This document shows, in pieces, positions 25,630 through 33,837 of a DNA stretch of 64,000 bases. The position numbers and the translations under genes are program-made. The notes beneath the pieces are model-generated. The model saw nothing but the letters and a program-made list of their open reading frames with translations, had not been told where the DNA came from and made no database searches. Each line of letters begins with the position of its first letter. The stretch's first letter is position 1. The stretch comes from Candidatus Colivivens caballi (GTDB taxonomy: Bacteria; Bacteroidota; Bacteroidia; Bacteroidales; Bacteroidaceae), in assembly GCA_018065565.1 (NCBI GenBank), contig JAGHSZ010000015.1:1162-65161 (forward strand). The letters run 5' to 3'.

Positions 25630-27978
25630 TTACATGAGTTTTTCACTCATATACTTTGCAGCACGGCGACCGTCTCCCATAGCAAGGATTACAGTTGCGC
25701 CACCTCGTACAATGTCTCCACCAGCAAAAATAGTTGGTATTGATGACTGCATTTCGTCGTTTACAGCAATAGTGTTCTTGCGGCCAAGTTCAAGTCCCTT
25801 GATAGACTTTGGAACAATTGGGTTTGGACTTACACCAACTGCCACGATTGCCATATCGATGTCGATGGTCTCAATGGCGCCTTCAACAGGGATTGGGCTG
25901 CGACGACCAGAGGCATCAGGCTCACCCAGTTCCATCTTTTGCAGCTTGACTTGCTTGACAGCACCTTTTTCGTCAGCAATGTATTCAATTGGGTTGTGGA
26001 GTGTCATAAATTCAATGCCTTCCTCTTTTGCGTGCTTAACTTCTTCAAGACGGGCTGGCATTTCCTCTTCGCTTCGGCGATAAGCAATGAATACTCGTTC
26101 TGCACCGAGTCGTTTAGCTGTACGGCATGAGTCCATGGCGGTGTTGCCTCCACCGACAACCATCACATTCTTTGCTTTGTTGATTGGTGTGTCGCTTTCT
26201 GGGTTGGATGCATCCATGAGATTAACTCGTGTGAGATATTCGTTGGACGACATGATGCCAGTGCTGTTTTCGCCAGGGATATTCATGAAGTTTGGCAGAC
26301 CTGCGCCTGATGCAACGAATATGCCTTTGAAACCTTCTGCTTCGAGTTCTTCTGTACTGATGGTTTTGCCGACAATGCAATCCTTAATGAATTTCACTCC
26401 AATCTTTTCGAGGTTGTTGATTTCAACATCAACAATGGCATTTGGCAAACGGAACTCAGGAATACCATATTTCAAGACGCCTCCGATTTCATGAAGAGCT
26501 TCAAATACGGTCACATCAAAACCATTCTTTGCCATGTCGCCAGCAAAGCTGAGTCCCGCAGGACCTGAACCAACGACAGCCACCTTTATACCATTTGATG
26601 GTTTGCATTGTGGTAATGACATCTGACCGCTTTCACGCTCGTAGTCGGCTGCAAATCTTTCGAGATATCCAATAGCAACAGCTGGTTTACCCATTTTCAG
26701 ATGGATACATTTGCTCTCACATTGCTTCTCCTGAGGACAAACTCGGCCACAAACAGCAGGAAGTGATGAAGTCGATTTGAGGACTTTCGCTGCATCGAGG
26801 AATTCACCTCGTTCAATACTCTTAATAAATGACGGAATGTTGATGCTTACTGGACATCCTTCCATACATGTAGGCTTAGGACAGTCGAGACATCGTTTCG
26901 CTTCAAGAAGTGCCTGTTCAGCAGTGAGTCCTTTATTGACTTCTTCTGTACGAGTGGTAGCACGATATACAGGGTCGAGTTCTGGCATCTTGCAGCGTTC
27001 GATGGCTGTACGGTCCTTTGGCTTCATTGTCTTGCGAAGTTCATCGCGCCATGGCTGATTTCTGTCAGTGAGTAAGTCAAGAGGTGTGCATTTGCCCTCT
27101 GATTTGGCACTGTTGTCACTGGATTCTGCGGCCTTGCTTTCTTGCTGTGGTGCGCAAACATGCATTTCCAGCTTCTTCATTTCTTCAATTTCAGCAGCCT
27201 TGAATGCTCCCATACGCTTGAACATCTCATCGAAATCGACTTCATGTCCGTCAAATTCAGGACCATCAACACATACGAATCTTGTTTTGCCACCTACAGA
27301 AATACGGCAGGCACCACACATGCCTGTTCCGTCAACCATGATGGTGTTGAGGCTTACATCAGTTGGTACATTGTATTTCTTTGTGAGCAGACAGCAGAAT
27401 TTCATCATGATAGCAGGACCAATTGCAAAGCATTTGTCAACTTTCTCACGAAGAATGACCTGTTCGATTCCGACGGTTACCACACCTTTTTGTCCGTAAC
27501 TGCCATCGTCTGTCATAATGATAACTTCGTCTGAGTGCTTGCGGACTTCATCTTCGAGGATGATAAGTTCCTTGGTGCGTCCAGCCAATACACTGATAAC
27601 TCGGTTTCCTGCGGCCTTGAGTGCCTTGATAATTGGCAACATTGGAGCTACTCCTACGCCACCACCTGCACACACAACAGTTCCAAAGTTCTCGATGTGA
27701 GTTGCTTGTCCGAGTGGACCGACAACATCAGTGATATAGTCGCCTTCATTGAGATTGCAGAGCTTTGTTGATGTGTAACCAACTGTCTGTACGACGAGTG
27801 TTATTGTACCTTTGACAGGGTCGCTGTCGGCAATTGTGAGTGGCATTCGTTCACCTTTATCACCGATACGGACAATCACGAAATGTCCTGCCTTGCGCGC
27901 TTTTGCGATGAGTGGTGCTTCCACTTCCAAGCGAAATACTTTCTCGGAGAATTGAGTCTTGCTTACAATCTTATTCAT
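25630..27978 (-). CDS. Fused PyrK/NfnA-like FAD/[2Fe-2S] subunit plus GltD/NfnB-like NADPH-dependent oxidoreductase
   Basis: The N-terminal half has CGACRISVGGKTRFVCVDGPEF. The C-terminal half has two 4Fe-4S Cys clusters (CLDCPKPTCMEGCP, CGRVCPQEKQCESKC), FAD motif VAVVGSGPAGL and NADPH motif VMVVGGGNTAMD. Confidence 0.9.
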   Translation of the reverse strand: MNKIVSKTQFSEKVFRLEVEAPLIAKARKAGHFVIVRIGDKGERMPLTIADSDPVKGTITLVVQTVGYTSTKLCNLNEGDYITDVVGPLGQATHIENFGTVVCAGGGVGVAPMLPIIKALKAAGNRVISVLAGRTKELIILEDEVRKHSDEVIIMTDDGSYGQKGVVTVGIEQVILREKVDKCFAIGPAIMMKFCCLLTKKYNVPTDVSLNTIMVDGTGMCGACRISVGGKTRFVCVDGPEFDGHEVDFDEMFKRMGAFKAAEIEEMKKLEMHVCAPQQESKAAESSDNSAKSEGKCTPLDLLTDRNQPWRDELRKTMKPKDRTAIERCKMPELDPVYRATTRTEEVNKGLTAEQALLEAKRCLDCPKPTCMEGCPVSINIPSFIKSIERGEFLDAAKVLKSTSSLPAVCGRVCPQEKQCESKCIHLKMGKPAVAIGYLERFAADYERESGQMSLPQCKPSNGIKVAVVGSGPAGLSFAGDMAKNGFDVTVFEALHEIGGVLKYGIPEFRLPNAIVDVEINNLEKIGVKFIKDCIVGKTISTEELEAEGFKGIFVASGAGLPNFMNIPGENSTGIMSSNEYLTRVNLMDASNPESDTPINKAKNVMVVGGGNTAMDSCRTAKRLGAERVFIAYRRSEEEMPARLEEVKHAKEEGIEFMTLHNPIEYIADEKGAVKQVKLQKMELGEPDASGRRSPIPVEGAIETIDIDMAIVAVGVSPNPIVPKSIKGLELGRKNTIAVNDEMQSSIPTIFAGGDIVRGGATVILAMGDGRRAAKYMSEKLM

Positions 27979-28001
27979 ACTGTTAATATTGTGTTTATGT
28001 G

Positions 28002-28136
28002 TTATTCGTCCTTGTTGGTTTCTTTATGGTCAGGATCGGGAATGAATTTGTCGCCATTAGCAACGGATTCATCCCAAGGTTTTACTGTGCGTAATTCCTC
28101 GTCCTTGTCATCTTTTCGAACCCAATATGATGCCAT
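28002..28136 (-). CDS. Possible 44-aa acidic small protein (not in the ORF track)
   Basis: ATG...TAA ORF MASYWVRKDDKDEELRTVKPWDESVANGDKFIPDPDHKETNKDE. It fills the gap between serS and the NfnAB-like gene on the same strand. Confidence 0.25.
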   Translation of the reverse strand: MASYWVRKDDKDEELRTVKPWDESVANGDKFIPDPDHKETNKDE

Positions 28137-28148
28137 TGTTGTCGTTTT

Positions 28149-29465
28149 TTAGTTAATCATTTCGCAACCCATGTATGGAATCAGAACTTTTGGCACTCTG
28201 ATGCCTTCTTCAGTCTGGTTGTTTTCGAGAATTGAGGCAACGATGCGTGGCAGTGCCAGTGCTGAACCATTGAGCGTGTGGCAGAGTTCTGTCTTCTTGT
28301 CTGCGGCATGACGATAGCGGCACTTGAGACGGTTTGCCTGATATGTGTCAAAATTGCTTACTGATGAAACTTCGAGCCAGCGTTGCTGTGCTTCTGAATA
28401 AACCTCAAAGTCGTAGCATATTGCTGATGTGAAGCTCTGGTCGCCGCCGCAAAGTCGAAGAATGCGGTATGGAAGTTCCAACTTTTGGAGCAAGCCTTCC
28501 ACATGGGCGAGCATTTCCTGATGACTTTGTTCGGAATGTTCAGGCGTGTCAATGCGTACAATCTCAATCTTTGAGAATTCATGCAAGCGGTTCAGACCAC
28601 GGACATCCTTGCCATAGCTGCCTGCTTCACGGCGGAAACACTGAGTGTAGGCGCAGTTCTTGATAGGGAGGTCCTTCTCGTCCAGAATTACATCACGATA
28701 AATGTTTGTTACTGGTACTTCTGCGGTAGGAATGAGGTAGAGGTCATCGACTTCGCAGTGGTACATTTGACCCTCCTTGTCAGGTAACTGGCCTGTTCCA
28801 TAGCCTGATGCCTGATTGACAACAGTTGGTGGCATGATTTCGGTGTATCCGGAATTTCTTGCTTCGTCGAGGAAGAAATTGATGAGTGCGCGTTGCAGAC
28901 GTGCACCTTTACCTATATATACAGGGAAACCAGCCCCGGAAATCTTCACTCCAAGGTCAAAGTCGATAAGGTTGTATTTCTTGGCGAGTTCCCAGTGTGG
29001 CAGTTTTGCTTCACAGTTTGTTGGCACAGTGTCCCAGTTGCCGACTGTGTCACCTTCTTTGCATTCACGAAGTGAGGACTTGACAACAACATTGTCTTCT
29101 GCGCATGAACCTTCTGGCACAATGTCGTATGGGATGTTTGGAATTGTGCAGAGATGTGCGGTGAGTTCCTGCTCCACCTCGTTCATTTTTTGTTGCAGTG
29201 CCTGTGATTCTTCCTTGAGTTCTGCAACTTTTGCTTTGGCAGATTCTGCTTCTTCGCGCTTACCCTGTTTCATGAGTCCGCCGATTTCAGCCGCGCATTT
29301 CTTCTGCTCGGCAAGACATGCATCTAACTTTTGCTGTGTTTCACGGCGTGATTTGTCGAGGGCGATGGCCTTATCGACTGCTTCCTTAGCACCATCAAAG
29401 TGCTTTTTTTGCAAACCGCTGATTACGCGGTCGGTCTGCTCGGTTATGAGTTTAAGTGTTAACAT
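28149..29465 (-). CDS. serS: Seryl-tRNA synthetase
   Basis: N-terminal coiled-coil arm (MLTLKLI...) and a class II core (FRREAGSYGKDVRGLNRLHEF..., GSALALPR). Confidence 0.97.
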   Translation of the reverse strand: MLTLKLITEQTDRVISGLQKKHFDGAKEAVDKAIALDKSRRETQQKLDACLAEQKKCAAEIGGLMKQGKREEAESAKAKVAELKEESQALQQKMNEVEQELTAHLCTIPNIPYDIVPEGSCAEDNVVVKSSLRECKEGDTVGNWDTVPTNCEAKLPHWELAKKYNLIDFDLGVKISGAGFPVYIGKGARLQRALINFFLDEARNSGYTEIMPPTVVNQASGYGTGQLPDKEGQMYHCEVDDLYLIPTAEVPVTNIYRDVILDEKDLPIKNCAYTQCFRREAGSYGKDVRGLNRLHEFSKIEIVRIDTPEHSEQSHQEMLAHVEGLLQKLELPYRILRLCGGDQSFTSAICYDFEVYSEAQQRWLEVSSVSNFDTYQANRLKCRYRHAADKKTELCHTLNGSALALPRIVASILENNQTEEGIRVPKVLIPYMGCEMIN

Positions 29466-29499
29466 TGAAATGTATATTTTTGTAACTTAATCATATTTA

Positions 29500-29700
29500 T
29501 TAGTGCCGCTGAGATGAACGGCTCTTAACTCTCTGTCGGATTTCTGCTTTATGTTTTGCAGCACCCGATCCGTGTGCTCCGGTCTTGTAGCCTTTGCCTC
29601 TTGCCTTCGTCTTAAACTTTTTGTTGTCAGAATCACTTTTTTTGCTTCCAAAGTTGATTCCTACGGTCATTGCCTGGAAAATCTCGTTGTCGCTTGCCAT
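29500..29700 (-). CDS. Hypothetical small, very basic protein
   Basis: 66-aa ORF rich in Lys/Arg/Gly, co-directional between the purH-like gene and serS. No family was recognised. Confidence 0.3.
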   Translation of the reverse strand: MASDNEIFQAMTVGINFGSKKSDSDNKKFKTKARGKGYKTGAHGSGAAKHKAEIRQRVKSRSSQRH

Positions 29701-29763
29701 GTGGTTCAGTATTTTTGTTGATGGTAGTGCTTGTCTAAGTTTAGCAGGAACAAAAATGAATTA

Positions 29764-30945
29764 TCAATGATGGAACAGACGGATGCCTGTGAATGCCATT
29801 GTGATACCATACTTGTCGCAGGTCTCGATGACATTGTCGTCACGAACTGAGCCACCAGCTTGTGCTATGTATTTCACGCCGCTCTTGTGAGCACGCTCGA
29901 TGTTGTCACCAAATGGGAAGAAGGCGTCGCTGCCAAGGCTTACTTCAGTGTTTTGTGCAAGCCATTCTTTCTTTTCTTCACGGGTGAGTGGCTGTGGGCA
30001 TTCTGTAAAGAACTGTTGCCATGCTCCGTCTTTAAGGACATCTTCGTATTCATCGCCCATGTAAATGTCGATGGTGTTGTCACGGTCGGCACGACGGATG
30101 TCTGCCTTGAAAGGAAGTTCCATTACTTTTGGACATTGTCTCAACCACCATAAGTCGGCTTTGTTGCCGGCAAGACGTGTACAGTGGATGCGGCTTTGCT
30201 GTCCTGCACCGATTCCGATGGCTTGTCCGTCTTTAACATAACAAACAGAATTTGACTGTGTGTATTTCAGTGTGATGAGAGCAATCTTCAAATCGCGTTT
30301 AGCGGCTTCTGAAAGTTCCTTGTTCTGCGTAGGGATGTTTTCAAAAAGGTTGTCACCCGTAAGGTCGATTTCGTTTCTCCCTTGTTCGAAGGTGATGCCG
30401 AACACTTGTTTGCGTTCAATCGGTTCAGGACGATAGTCGGTTGACATTTTAAGTACGCAATATGTGCCTTTTCGCTTTTCACGCAGAATTTCGAGTGCTT
30501 CAGGTGTGTAATCAGGGGCAATGATTCCGTCTGAAACTTCGCGCTTGATAAGCAGTGCTGCTGATTCGTCGCAGGTGTCACTTAAAGCAATGAAATCGCC
30601 GAAAGATGACATTCGGTCTGCACCACGAGCGCGTGCATAAGCAGTGGCGATTGGTGAAAGCGGCATCTTGCAATCATCTACGAAATAAATCTTTTTGAGT
30701 GTGTCACTCATTGGGATTGCAACTGCGGCACCAGCGGGACTGACATGCTTGAATGAAGCTGCTGCTGCAAGACCGGTAGCAGCCTTGAGTTCGCGTACCA
30801 GTTGCCAACTATTGAATGCGTCTAAAAGGTTGATATAACCTGGCCGTCCACACAGCACTTCAAAAGGAAGTTCTCCTTCATTCATAAACACACGCGATGG
30901 CTTCTGGTTTGGATTGCAGCCATATTTGAGTTCCAGTTCTTTCAT
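29764..30945 (-). CDS. purH: AICAR formyltransferase-domain protein (PurH-like, transformylase only)
   Basis: The MKELELKYGCNPNQKP start and the ~390-aa length are typical of stand-alone AICARFT proteins of Bacteroidales/Clostridia. Confidence 0.8.
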   Translation of the reverse strand: MKELELKYGCNPNQKPSRVFMNEGELPFEVLCGRPGYINLLDAFNSWQLVRELKAATGLAAAASFKHVSPAGAAVAIPMSDTLKKIYFVDDCKMPLSPIATAYARARGADRMSSFGDFIALSDTCDESAALLIKREVSDGIIAPDYTPEALEILREKRKGTYCVLKMSTDYRPEPIERKQVFGITFEQGRNEIDLTGDNLFENIPTQNKELSEAAKRDLKIALITLKYTQSNSVCYVKDGQAIGIGAGQQSRIHCTRLAGNKADLWWLRQCPKVMELPFKADIRRADRDNTIDIYMGDEYEDVLKDGAWQQFFTECPQPLTREEKKEWLAQNTEVSLGSDAFFPFGDNIERAHKSGVKYIAQAGGSVRDDNVIETCDKYGITMAFTGIRLFHH

Positions 30946-30999
30946 TTCTTTCTTCTATGTTTTATTTATTGTAGTGTTTTGTTACGATATTTTGCCGTG

Positions 31000-31007
31000 C
31001 AAAGTTA
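31000..31007 (-). promoter_or_regulatory. -7 promoter element (TAACTTTG) for the purH-like operon
   Basis: Lies 55 nt upstream of the ATG at 30945. Confidence 0.5.
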
Positions 31008-31122
31008 ATAAAATATTGATAATTGACATTGATAATTTGCAAATACTTGACTGTATGCTATAAAATTGTGCTGTTTGTTTAATGATTTATACATTTTCAA
31101 TTGTCAATTGTTATTTATTTAG

Positions 31123-31130
31123 TAACTTTG
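31123..31130 (+). promoter_or_regulatory. -7 promoter element (TAACTTTG) for the 31158 gene
   Basis: Lies 28 nt upstream of the ATG. Confidence 0.5.
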
Positions 31131-31157
31131 CAGTCAAATTAGAAAATAAGACGAAAT

Positions 31158-31994
31158 ATGGCAAGAGAAAGAAACAGGCGTGACCGGAACGAAAAAGAAA
31201 CCGCAGAAGTTGTGCGCTCGTATGCTATTGACGAGATGACAAAGGGTAATATTTGGACTTATGAGCCAGAGGACATTCATCGCATGCTCATTGATGTGAT
31301 GATGACTAATAAATATAAAGAAAACAAGGCTCATTATCACAATATTATTCGTCCTGTCTTTGATGTTCATTTTATCAATCGTGACGATGAAGAGAAGGTT
31401 GCGAATTTGTTGGCTCAGGATTATCAAGTGCTTTCATCCCCTGACTATGATGGGACTAACGCCATTGCTATCAGAAAACATAAAATCAAGAAAATCACAG
31501 ACCTCACTCTTGAAAATATCTTCCATATGACACCTCAGGAAGTTCTCAACCTGATTGATGATAATATGGGAACAGGATGGAAGGGACTGCCACTTGCTAT
31601 TCAGGACATTATTCAGGCTGCGTTCACAGTTGACTGCTGCGAAATGCCTGCATCTGCAATGCATCGTGTTGGCGGCATAATTGACCGTAGAAAAGCAGAT
31701 GGATATGATGTGCTTGAAATTCTCCGTGGTTCTTGGGTTGAAGGCGTCTTCTTGAAGGAAAAACCTAAAATGGAGAAACCTCGTTTTGAGGTTCTTGTTG
31801 ATGGAAAACGCCAGAGCCGTGATGAGGACGATGACATTGACGATGAAGACGATGATATTGACGACGGCGGCATTGACGCAGATGATCCTGATGATGATGA
31901 CGACGATGAGATGGATGAGGAACCAAACGAAGCTGAGGCAACATTGGAAGACATTGATGCTATTGAAAATGCTGCTGATGACGATGACGAATAA
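31158..31994 (+). CDS. Hypothetical protein with a basic N-terminus and an extreme poly-Asp/Glu C-terminal tail
   Basis: 278-aa ORF with its own promoter and a strong terminator. N-terminus MARERNRRDRNEKE. The last ~65 residues are almost entirely D/E. Confidence 0.7.
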   Translation: MARERNRRDRNEKETAEVVRSYAIDEMTKGNIWTYEPEDIHRMLIDVMMTNKYKENKAHYHNIIRPVFDVHFINRDDEEKVANLLAQDYQVLSSPDYDGTNAIAIRKHKIKKITDLTLENIFHMTPQEVLNLIDDNMGTGWKGLPLAIQDIIQAAFTVDCCEMPASAMHRVGGIIDRRKADGYDVLEILRGSWVEGVFLKEKPKMEKPRFEVLVDGKRQSRDEDDDIDDEDDDIDDGGIDADDPDDDDDDEMDEEPNEAEATLEDIDAIENAADDDDE

Positions 31995-32017
31995 CAGACT
32001 ATGATATAATAAAAATG

Positions 32018-32058
32018 AATGGCGTTGCAATCAATGTTGCAGCGCCATTATATTTTTA
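32018..32058 (+). terminator. Strong rho-independent terminator
   Basis: A 13-bp stem: AATGGCGTTGCAA (32018-32030) pairs with TTGCAGCGCCATT (32037-32049), followed by ATATTTTTAT. Confidence 0.8.
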
Positions 32059-32117
32059 TAAGTTCCTCTTTGTTTGGATTGTTGGTATCTTGTATATTGC
32101 CAAATACTATCGTGTGC

Positions 32118-32315
32118 TTGTGGATACTTTGTCTTGCGGTTGTGGATGCTTCATCTTGCGGTTGTGGATGCTTCATCTTGCGGTTGTGGATGCTTCATCT
32201 TGCGGTTGTAGATACTTTGTCTTGCGGTTGTGGATGCTTCATCTTGCGGTTGTAGATACTTTGTCTTGCGGTTGTAAATGTCTTATCGTGCGCTTGTAAA
32301 TGTCTTATCGTGCGG
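32118..32315. repeat. Array A: nine tandem 22-bp units in three variants (TTGTGGATACTTTGTCTTGCGG / TTGTGGATGCTTCATCTTGCGG / TTGTAAATGTCTTATCGTGCGG)
   Basis: Unit starts are 32118, 32140, 32162, 32184, 32206, 32228, 32250, 32272 and 32294. Units 2-4 and unit 6 are identical. Confidence 0.9.
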
Positions 32316-32352
32316 TGATGTTTTCTTTTATGTGCATACGATAATATAAAAA

Positions 32353-32440
32353 GGTGTACACCTTCTTGAATTTTGGTGTACACCTTTCTGGTGCTTGCTG
32401 TACACCTTTTTCAGATAAGGTGTACACCTTTTTTCATTAT
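32353..32440. repeat. Array B: four 22-bp units, each starting with the palindrome GGTGTACACC followed by T-rich sequence
   Basis: Palindromes start at 32353, 32375, 32397 (GCTGTACACC) and 32419, spaced exactly 22 bp apart. Confidence 0.85.
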
Positions 32441-32445
32441 CCTCT

Positions 32446-32533
32446 GCTCGATAGACAATTTATGAGCGGTCGATAGACAATTCATTAACGGTCGATAGGC
32501 AATTCATGAACGGTCGTGCGAACATTTGCCTGT
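32446..32533. repeat. Array C: four 22-bp units GGTCGATAGACAATTCATGAAC (the last one decayed)
   Basis: Units start at 32446, 32468, 32490 and 32512. Unit 3 contains the palindrome TTCATGAA. Confidence 0.8.
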
Positions 32534-32613
32534 TAGTCGCATCTGTCATGTGACTTGACTCTTTTGAACGACAATGCTAACTTCGCTTTATTCCTGTTGT
32601 CAGATCAGAGGTA

Positions 32614-33774
32614 TTATTCTTCGTATTCGAAATCTTCAAGATCTTCGATGTCATCGGTGTCTTGGTCTGATTCGATGAAATCGAAGTCGTCAAAATCCTC
32701 ATATTCGTCTTGCATGTGTGAGAAATCTTTTGAATGATGTACGATGCTTTCTTGTGTTTGAATTGCTGCGATTTTGTTGCTTTCACTATTCATCTCAGTC
32801 CATAGCAGGTCTTTAAGCTCGTCGAGTCCAAATCCTGTAACTGCTGATATGAACACCACAGGGACATCTTCGGGGAGTGTACTGCGAAGCATGTCCATGA
32901 GTTCATCATCGAGCAAATCGCATTTTGTTATGGCAAGTACTCTACCTTTGTCAAGAAGCTCTGGGTTGAATGTGGTCAACTCGTTCAGCAAAATGTCGTA
33001 TTCGCGCTTTATGTCATCGGTGTCACCTGGTACCATGAACAACAGCAATGAGTTGCGTTCGATGTGACGAAGGAAACGGAGACCAAGACCTTTACCTTGA
33101 CTTGCACCCTCGATAATACCTGGAATGTCAGCCATTACGAATGAACGGTTGTTGCGATAGGAGACAATGCCAAGTGATGGTTCGAGAGTGGTGAATGGAT
33201 AGTTCGCGATTTTTGGTTTTGCTGAAGACAGCGAACTGACAAGTGTTGACTTGCCTGCGTTTGGGAATCCCACAAGTCCAACATCTGCAAGTAACTTCAA
33301 CTCGAGGATTACCATCATCTCTTGCATTGGCTCACCTGGCTGGGCATATCGGGGTGCCTGATTGGTTGGCGTTGCAAAATTGAAGTTGCCTAATCCGCCA
33401 CGGCCGCCTTTCAACAATACTACTTGCTGTCCATCGTCGGTGACATCGCAGAGATATTCTCCGGTTTCGGCATTGTATGCCACTGTGCCAAGTGGAACGT
33501 CAATGATTTTGTCGGCGCCTTGTTTGCCAGTGCTTTTTGATTTTGAACCATTGCCACCGTGCTCGGCATATACATGTCGGTCATAGCGTAGGTGGAGCAG
33601 TGTCCAGTAGTTGCGGTTTCCTCTTAAAATAACGCTTCCGCCATTTCCACCATTACCACCGTCGGGACCACCTTTGGGCAGATATTTTGCCCTGTGCATG
33701 TGACATGAACCGCGTCCGCCTTTGCCTGAACGACAGTAAATTTTTACATAATCGATGAAATTGGTTTCTGCCAT
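32614..33774 (-). CDS. obg: GTPase Obg/CgtA
   Basis: Obg fold N-terminus ([43 protein letters not shown]), G1 GFPNAGKST and an acidic C-terminal tail. Confidence 0.97.
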   Translation of the reverse strand: MAETNFIDYVKIYCRSGKGGRGSCHMHRAKYLPKGGPDGGNGGNGGSVILRGNRNYWTLLHLRYDRHVYAEHGGNGSKSKSTGKQGADKIIDVPLGTVAYNAETGEYLCDVTDDGQQVVLLKGGRGGLGNFNFATPTNQAPRYAQPGEPMQEMMVILELKLLADVGLVGFPNAGKSTLVSSLSSAKPKIANYPFTTLEPSLGIVSYRNNRSFVMADIPGIIEGASQGKGLGLRFLRHIERNSLLLFMVPGDTDDIKREYDILLNELTTFNPELLDKGRVLAITKCDLLDDELMDMLRSTLPEDVPVVFISAVTGFGLDELKDLLWTEMNSESNKIAAIQTQESIVHHSKDFSHMQDEYEDFDDFDFIESDQDTDDIEDLEDFEYEE

Positions 33775-33837
33775 TATTGAAATGTTGACTTCTTGTTTGG
33801 TTGTTAATGTGTGGACTATTTGCTGCTTGCTGGGTGA

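Noticed and set aside
28816-29490. Long antisense or alternative-frame ORFs. Examples: 28816..29490 opposite serS, 25625..26083 and 26087..26494 opposite the NfnAB-like gene, 47306..47947 opposite ileS/pyrI, 38617..39096 opposite maf, 31434..32030 opposite the acidic-tail gene, 52349..52924, 53004..53573, 56869..57285, 57026..57523 and 46255..46776
   Set aside because: Each lies entirely within a gene with clear family motifs on the other strand or frame. Their composition is low-complexity Ser/Cys/Arg-rich, as expected from antisense or alternative-frame translation, and none has its own promoter motif.
32118-32315. Calling array A the chromosomal replication origin outright
   Set aside because: The DnaA-box-like cores are imperfect (7-8 of 9). 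Gene strand bias does not flip at this point, no dnaA or dnaN neighbour is present, and no clear repeated AT-rich DUE is present. It is reported only as a testable hypothesis.
32015-32383. ORFs 32015..32299(+), 32019..32255(+) and 32195..32383(-) as repeat-peptide genes
   Set aside because: They are read-throughs of the 22-bp arrays. The period is not a multiple of 3, so the peptide repeats only every 66 nt. They are Cys/Leu/Arg-rich nonsense sequences lying downstream of a strong terminator with no promoter motif.
32118-32533. CRISPR array (this interval and 22294-22491)
   Set aside because: Units abut directly with no unique spacers, and the 22-bp units are shorter than typical CRISPR repeats. 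There is no leader or cas gene anywhere in the window. These are plain tandem repeats.
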